Part shown: positions 59,913-64,000 of the stretch, piece after piece | Numbering within the stretch: the stretch's first letter is position 1 | Layout: each line of letters begins with the position of its first letter | From: an uncultured Actinomycetes bacterium | Lineage (GTDB): Bacteria; Actinomycetota; UBA4738; HRBIN12 | Reading direction: 5' to 3' | NCBI GenBank assembly: GCA_963704885.1 | Contig: CAVPIB010000001.1 | Coordinates: 32,001-96,000 of the forward strand | DNA length: 64,000 nucleotides | Made by a program: the position numbers and the translations under genes | The notes under the pieces: model-generated | Told to the model about the DNA's origin: nothing | Databases searched by the model: none | The model's input: the letters and a program-made list of their open reading frames with translations, nothing else

Positions 59913-61496
59913 TCACCCTTCGCACGTCACGCATGTCAGATCCCAAGTGGTTACCCACGTCACGGAGGGGCCCTGCATATTCGTGAGCGTCGCTTCCGCA
60001 TGCGTCGGGCTCGTCTTGGGGATAGGGCTCCCGTTGGTGGTGACCACGAGCTGCGGGAACAGGAAGCCCGCGTCCGTCACCGTTCCGGTGAACTCTGCGT
60101 GTGGTTCCGAGACGCCGCACCCGGTGACGTCGTAGGTGCCGGTAACCGATCCATCCTCCGCGACGACTAGCTGAACCGTGCCCCGGACGTCGACCGGGTT
60201 GCCGCACGGGCCACCCGGCGGCGGGGTGGTCACGGTGCTATCGATCGTGCCTTCCCAGACCTCGCCCGTGTAGTAACGGATGCAGTTCTTCGACTCCGTG
60301 CCGTCGAAGCCGACGCCGGTGGCGCACAGTTCGATCACCGGCGGGGCGTCGGCGGGAACGATGTACTCGGTGACCAACTCCGCGAGCATGCGACGAGGAT
60401 CGCAGGCCACGGGCTGGTCGCTCCCCGAGCGGTTCCCGACCGACTCGAGCAGATCGCTCCCGTCGTCGACGTAGAGCGTCCTAACCCCGAGCGCCGGAGG
60501 CATCACGAAAGCGATCGCGTGGATGGCGATCCGATCGCCCGGTTCGACGTGGCTCCCCGCCTCCGGTATGCCCTCGAGGTCGGCGAGCAGCACCTCACCC
60601 AGATCGGGCAGCGTGAAGTCCTCAGACCCGTTCGCGCTGCCGGTCGCCTCGAAGTGGACAACGGTGCCCGGCATGTCGGTGCCACCCGCGAGGGAGCAGA
60701 CATCGACTTGGCCGTAAAGGTGGTTGTGCAACGCTTCGAGATCGTCGGACGACGCGAGCGTCGTCGGCGGCCCCGAGACCGTCGCCGTGAGCGTGCCCGT
60801 CGTGCAAGGGCCCACCCACACCGCGCGCGCCTTCACGTCCTGCAACGGGACCGTGCCCGGATAGATGATGTCGAACGTGCACGTATCGGCCTGCCCTTCC
60901 TCCAGCGGGGGCGGTTCACCGCCGAACTCGTCCCACCAGCTGTCGCCCGCGTCCGGCACGTTCCAATCTTCGTCGCCGGAAGCAGCCTGGGCGGTCGCGC
61001 CGGTCTCCGACCCCACGGCCTCTCGCACCACCCACGGCGTGTGGACGACATACCCGTCCATCGTGGCCTCCGTGTCGTAGATGCCCGGGGCGAGGCCGGT
61101 CGGAGCCACCGCCTGCGAGAACGCCTGGCCGCCCCCCGGCCCAACGGCGATCTCGTGCGTGAAGAGCGCCTCACGTTCCTCCAGTCCCGCGACCCGGTAC
61201 CACGAAACGACCACCGTGGAGCCTTCATCGAGGTCTGCGAGCCCGATCACCGCGGTCACCTCGGCGTCCTGCGTCGTGAAGGTCAGCGTCGGACGGACCT
61301 TGGGGCTCTCCCGGTTGACGTGACCGGTGAAGGCGATACCTCGCAGGGGTCCGTCGGGCTGCAGTGCGTCGGTGACGCTGAACGCGTTCGAGACCCCGTC
61401 GCTCTCTCCGCTCGGGTCGGGTGATCCCCCGCTGCACGCGGATGCCAGGATCAGTACGAGAGGCATCAGTCTGCGGACCCCTCGCAACATCGTCAC
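59913..61496 (-). CDS. Large acidic, Cys-containing multidomain lipoprotein of unknown function
   Basis: Lipobox LASAC after a basic/hydrophobic signal; beta-rich domains; GTG overlaps the vapC stop. Confidence 0.75.
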   Translation of the reverse strand: MTMLRGVRRLMPLVLILASACSGGSPDPSGESDGVSNAFSVTDALQPDGPLRGIAFTGHVNRESPKVRPTLTFTTQDAEVTAVIGLADLDEGSTVVVSWYRVAGLEEREALFTHEIAVGPGGGQAFSQAVAPTGLAPGIYDTEATMDGYVVHTPWVVREAVGSETGATAQAASGDEDWNVPDAGDSWWDEFGGEPPPLEEGQADTCTFDIIYPGTVPLQDVKARAVWVGPCTTGTLTATVSGPPTTLASSDDLEALHNHLYGQVDVCSLAGGTDMPGTVVHFEATGSANGSEDFTLPDLGEVLLADLEGIPEAGSHVEPGDRIAIHAIAFVMPPALGVRTLYVDDGSDLLESVGNRSGSDQPVACDPRRMLAELVTEYIVPADAPPVIELCATGVGFDGTESKNCIRYYTGEVWEGTIDSTVTTPPPGGPCGNPVDVRGTVQLVVAEDGSVTGTYDVTGCGVSEPHAEFTGTVTDAGFLFPQLVVTTNGSPIPKTSPTHAEATLTNMQGPSVTWVTTWDLTCVTCEG

Positions 61497-61879
61497 CAGA
61501 TGGTCGGCGCCGGGTACGACCGGACCTGCCGATCGCCGCTGACTAGCGGCATGTCTTCGGCCAACGCCTGGGCGATCAGGATGCGATCGAACGGATCGCG
61601 ATGGAGCTCAGGAAGCGATGTGAGCCCGAACGTGTGGCGCATGGTGATAGCGAGTGGCTGGAACGCGTTCTTCTCTAGATGGGTCGAGATGAACTCGTCC
61701 CACGGCTCCGGGATCGGAAGGCGTCCGAGCCGTGACTTGGTGGCGATCTCCCACGCGGAGGCGGCGCTGACGAACACTTCGTTGTCGCCGGCAGCGATGG
61801 CACCGCGTGCCGGAGCGGACAGCCGCTCGTCGTCTGTGATCCACCATAGGAGCGCGTGGGTATCGAGGAGGACCCTCAT
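61493..61879 (-). CDS. vapC: VapC PIN-domain toxin
   Basis: LLDTHALLW, SAASAWEIATK and HRDPFDRILIAQA. Confidence 0.95.
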   Translation of the reverse strand: MRVLLDTHALLWWITDDERLSAPARGAIAAGDNEVFVSAASAWEIATKSRLGRLPIPEPWDEFISTHLEKNAFQPLAITMRHTFGLTSLPELHRDPFDRILIAQALAEDMPLVSGDRQVRSYPAPTIW

Positions 61880-62106
61880 CCCCACTCGGCCAAGACATCT
61901 TCGGGCAGCGGCTCGTCGAAGTCGGTCGGCACCACGAACATCCCTTGCGCGCTACCCGGGTGTCTATCACCAGCTTCCGGCGTGATCGGGACCAACTTCG
62001 CGACCGGCTTGCCTGCCTTCGCGATCACGACCTCCTCACCGAGGAGCACACGCTCGATCAGCTTCGAGAAGTGCGTCTTCGCATCGTGGATGTTCACGCT
62101 CGTCAC
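61876..62106 (-). CDS. Phd/YefM-family antitoxin
   Basis: VNIHDAKTHFSKLIERV and EEVVIAKAGKPVAKL. Confidence 0.94.
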   Translation of the reverse strand: MTSVNIHDAKTHFSKLIERVLLGEEVVIAKAGKPVAKLVPITPEAGDRHPGSAQGMFVVPTDFDEPLPEDVLAEWG

Positions 62107-62112
62107 ATCTCA

Positions 62113-62140
62113 AGGATAGACTGAAGTCGCCGACTAAGTC
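62113..62140 (-). promoter_or_regulatory. TA promoter: TATCCT -10 plus two GACT-N1/2-AGTC palindromes (autorepression operators)
   Basis: GACTGAAGTC at 62119-62128 and GACTAAGTC at 62132-62140; -10 is six bases before the GTG. Confidence 0.7.
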
Positions 62141-62169
62141 ACTGCGCCAGGGCCACCAGGCAGCCCCGA

Positions 62170-62485
62170 CTAGCCGGCGTGGCGATCGAGGTGCACGTCG
62201 ATGCGGGCTCCCAGCGCGTCGAGTCGACCATCGACGGAATCGAAGCGTGCGTCCATCCTCGCCTCGAGCGAATCGAAACGGCCGGAAAGCGAATCAACAC
62301 GACCCCCGAGGGCGTCGATCCGGCCATCGAGCCTGGCGCCAAGAGCATCGATCCGGCCCGAGAGCGTGTCACCCTGGGTGTCGATTCGGTTCCCTAATGC
62401 GTCGATGCGAGAACCAAGAATGAACAAGGCGATCAGCGGAGAGGGCCCCAAGAAGGGCGATCGCACCCCACGTCGCAGCCACCAT
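62170..62485 (-). CDS. Small TM-anchored coiled-coil repeat protein (RIDAL repeats); frameshift near 62440
   Basis: Corrected reading is MVAATWGAIALLGALSLIALFILGSRIDALGNRID...; TACGGT -10 six bases before the ATG. Confidence 0.7.
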
Positions 62486-62558
62486 GAGGGCACCGTAACA
62501 CTGCGGTCAGGCGGAGACCGTGACGGGGCTCACACCCTGGCGAAGTTCTGGCTCGGAG

Positions 62559-62956
62559 CTACTCGCCCCAGCCCGGCCACGGATCGCGGAGCTCCGGCAG
62601 CGTCTGCCAGTACTCGCGCAGATCGGTGCACAGGCCGTCCTCGTCGAACCGCATCAGGAGACAGCCGGGCAGCGTGACGGCTCACCGCCCGCCAGCATCC
62701 GCGTCCAGAACTCCACGATCACGCGGTCGCCCTCGATCACCGGCTGGCCCATCCACACCTTCACGTCGGACTGCACGGCGGTGACGGTGCTCCAGTACTC
62801 CTCGACGCCCTGCCGCCCGCGGTACGGCTCCTCGAAGATGTTCGATCGGTAGGACGAGTCCTCCGCGAACAGCGCGACCGCAGCCGGCGTGTCGGCGTTC
62901 TCCCACGCCTGCCGGTACGCCTCGGCCCACGCGATCACCTGAGTCGTCGTTGGCAT
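62559..62956 (-). CDS. SnoaL/NTF2-like protein; frameshift near 62680
   Basis: YRQAWE, ALFAED and GRQGVEEYW; corrected end LPGCLLMRFDEDGLCTDLREYW. Confidence 0.85.
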
Positions 62957-62958
62957 GT

Positions 62959-63238
62959 CTACCTCCCTCCCGTCCCCTTCGGGCGGGTGAAGCCGGTCGC
63001 GACCACGGTGGCCTTCCCCGCTTCGATCGCGCAAGTGAAGCAGAGCCGGACTGCGTTGCGGACAACCACCAGGCCTTCCGCGCGACCGCACGTCATGCAC
63101 GGACCGGCTTCGGCGCTGTCTTGCACCAGCCACTCCTCCGGCTGAGAGGACCACCACCAGGCCCGCGCGGGCGCACGTCATGCAAGGACCGGCGACGGCG
63201 CTGTCCTGCGTCAGCCACTCCTCCGGCTGGTCAACCAC
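62959..63238 (-). CDS. Small CxxC...CxxC protein with an out-of-frame 85-bp tandem duplication of its 5' part
   Basis: QPEEWLTQDSAVAGPCMTCAR, then QPEEWLVQDSAEAGPCMTCGRAEGLVVVRNAVRLCFTC...*. Confidence 0.6.
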
Positions 63239-63242
63239 GTCT

Positions 63243-64000
63243 CTACTCCAGGTAGCCCAGGCCGCGGAGGTGCTCTTCCATCTCGTCGGCCTCGGTGTCG
63301 CTGACCGTGGGCTCCTCGGTCGGCGACCTCCACGGTGCCGGCGACGGCCTCGGACTTCACGCTGGCCTCCGAGCCGACGACCTCGGCCAGGACCGAGCCG
63401 GTGTGCTTGATGCCGGCGGGCGCGTCGAGCGCGGCCAGGATCGTCGGGGCCATGTCGATCAGCAGGGGCGTGGTCGCGAACGGCTGCACGCGCGGTCCCG
63501 CCGCCACGATCACGCCGTCCATGCGGTGGTCGCCGCTCACCCAGTCGGCGTCCTCGATCGCGGACTTCGCGTGCGTTAGCGAGTACCCCTCCGCCGGCTC
63601 CATCAAGATGTCGGGCGCGGTGTCGGCGTGCTTGCCCTTGAACACGTCCTCGCGCTTGAAGATCGCCTTCACCGGCCTGCGGCCCGTCTTCGGATCCACG
63701 AACGACGACAGCCGATCCATGATCTTCGCGCGCACCTCCTCGTAGTCCGCCGGGTCCACCACGCCGTCGGGCTCGCGCCCCGCCAGGTTGATCGACACGC
63801 CCTCACCCGTGGAGCGGATCGACGTGTAGGCCTGCGACTTGGACCAGTTGACCGACTGCGGCAGCGAGACCTTGCCGTGCAGGCCGAGCTTGTCGTACAC
63901 CTTGCGCGCGACGTTGCGCACCGGTCCCCACTGCATGGGCCCGAACACCACGTTCGAGGCCGAGAACTCCAGGTAGCCGAACTGCTTCAGCAGGTGATCC
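63243..64000 (-). CDS. Alkaline-phosphatase-superfamily phosphodiesterase, C-terminal part (truncated by the window); frameshift near 63320
   Basis: INLAGREPDG, APDI, SGDHRMDG and IDMAPTIL; corrected end EHLRGLGYLE*. Confidence 0.85.

Overview
High-GC (roughly 68-70% by eye) bacterial chromosomal window. Gene content suggests a deep-branching actinobacterium (inference): MFS-Tmk fusion, KimA-like/trkA-trkA/OB-fold block, MDMPI, many leaderless starts. About 15-20 single-base frameshifts, including in holB and hppA, most likely reflect long-read/assembly error, so several long ORFs in the track are chimeric. Layout: (1) two tandem GAF/HisKA_3 sensor kinases, an M36 metallopeptidase and a receiver-only regulator; (2) topA-tmk-holB; (3) a ~14 kb ion-homeostasis cluster (KimA-like, TrkA x2, H+-PPase, second KimA-like, NhaA, K+ channel, CaCA exchanger behind a yybP-ykoY Mn2+ riboswitch); (4) DUF1998 helicase, flippase, ABC exporters, FMO/LuxR; (5) a ~15 kb uncharacterised catabolic operon; (6) a vapBC module with a lipoprotein passenger. 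Best candidates for new biology: a 21-nt leader motif shared by nhaA and the second KimA-like gene, overlapping a competing terminator (candidate monovalent-cation riboswitch); a 137-bp element present twice, with four 14-bp palindromes at identical 43/37/43 spacing; an ABC permease-amidohydrolase fusion inside the catabolic operon; and a vapC 3' remnant that brackets the lipoprotein gene. No rRNA, tRNA, CRISPR array or transposase was seen. All family assignments are by motif recognition, not by database search.
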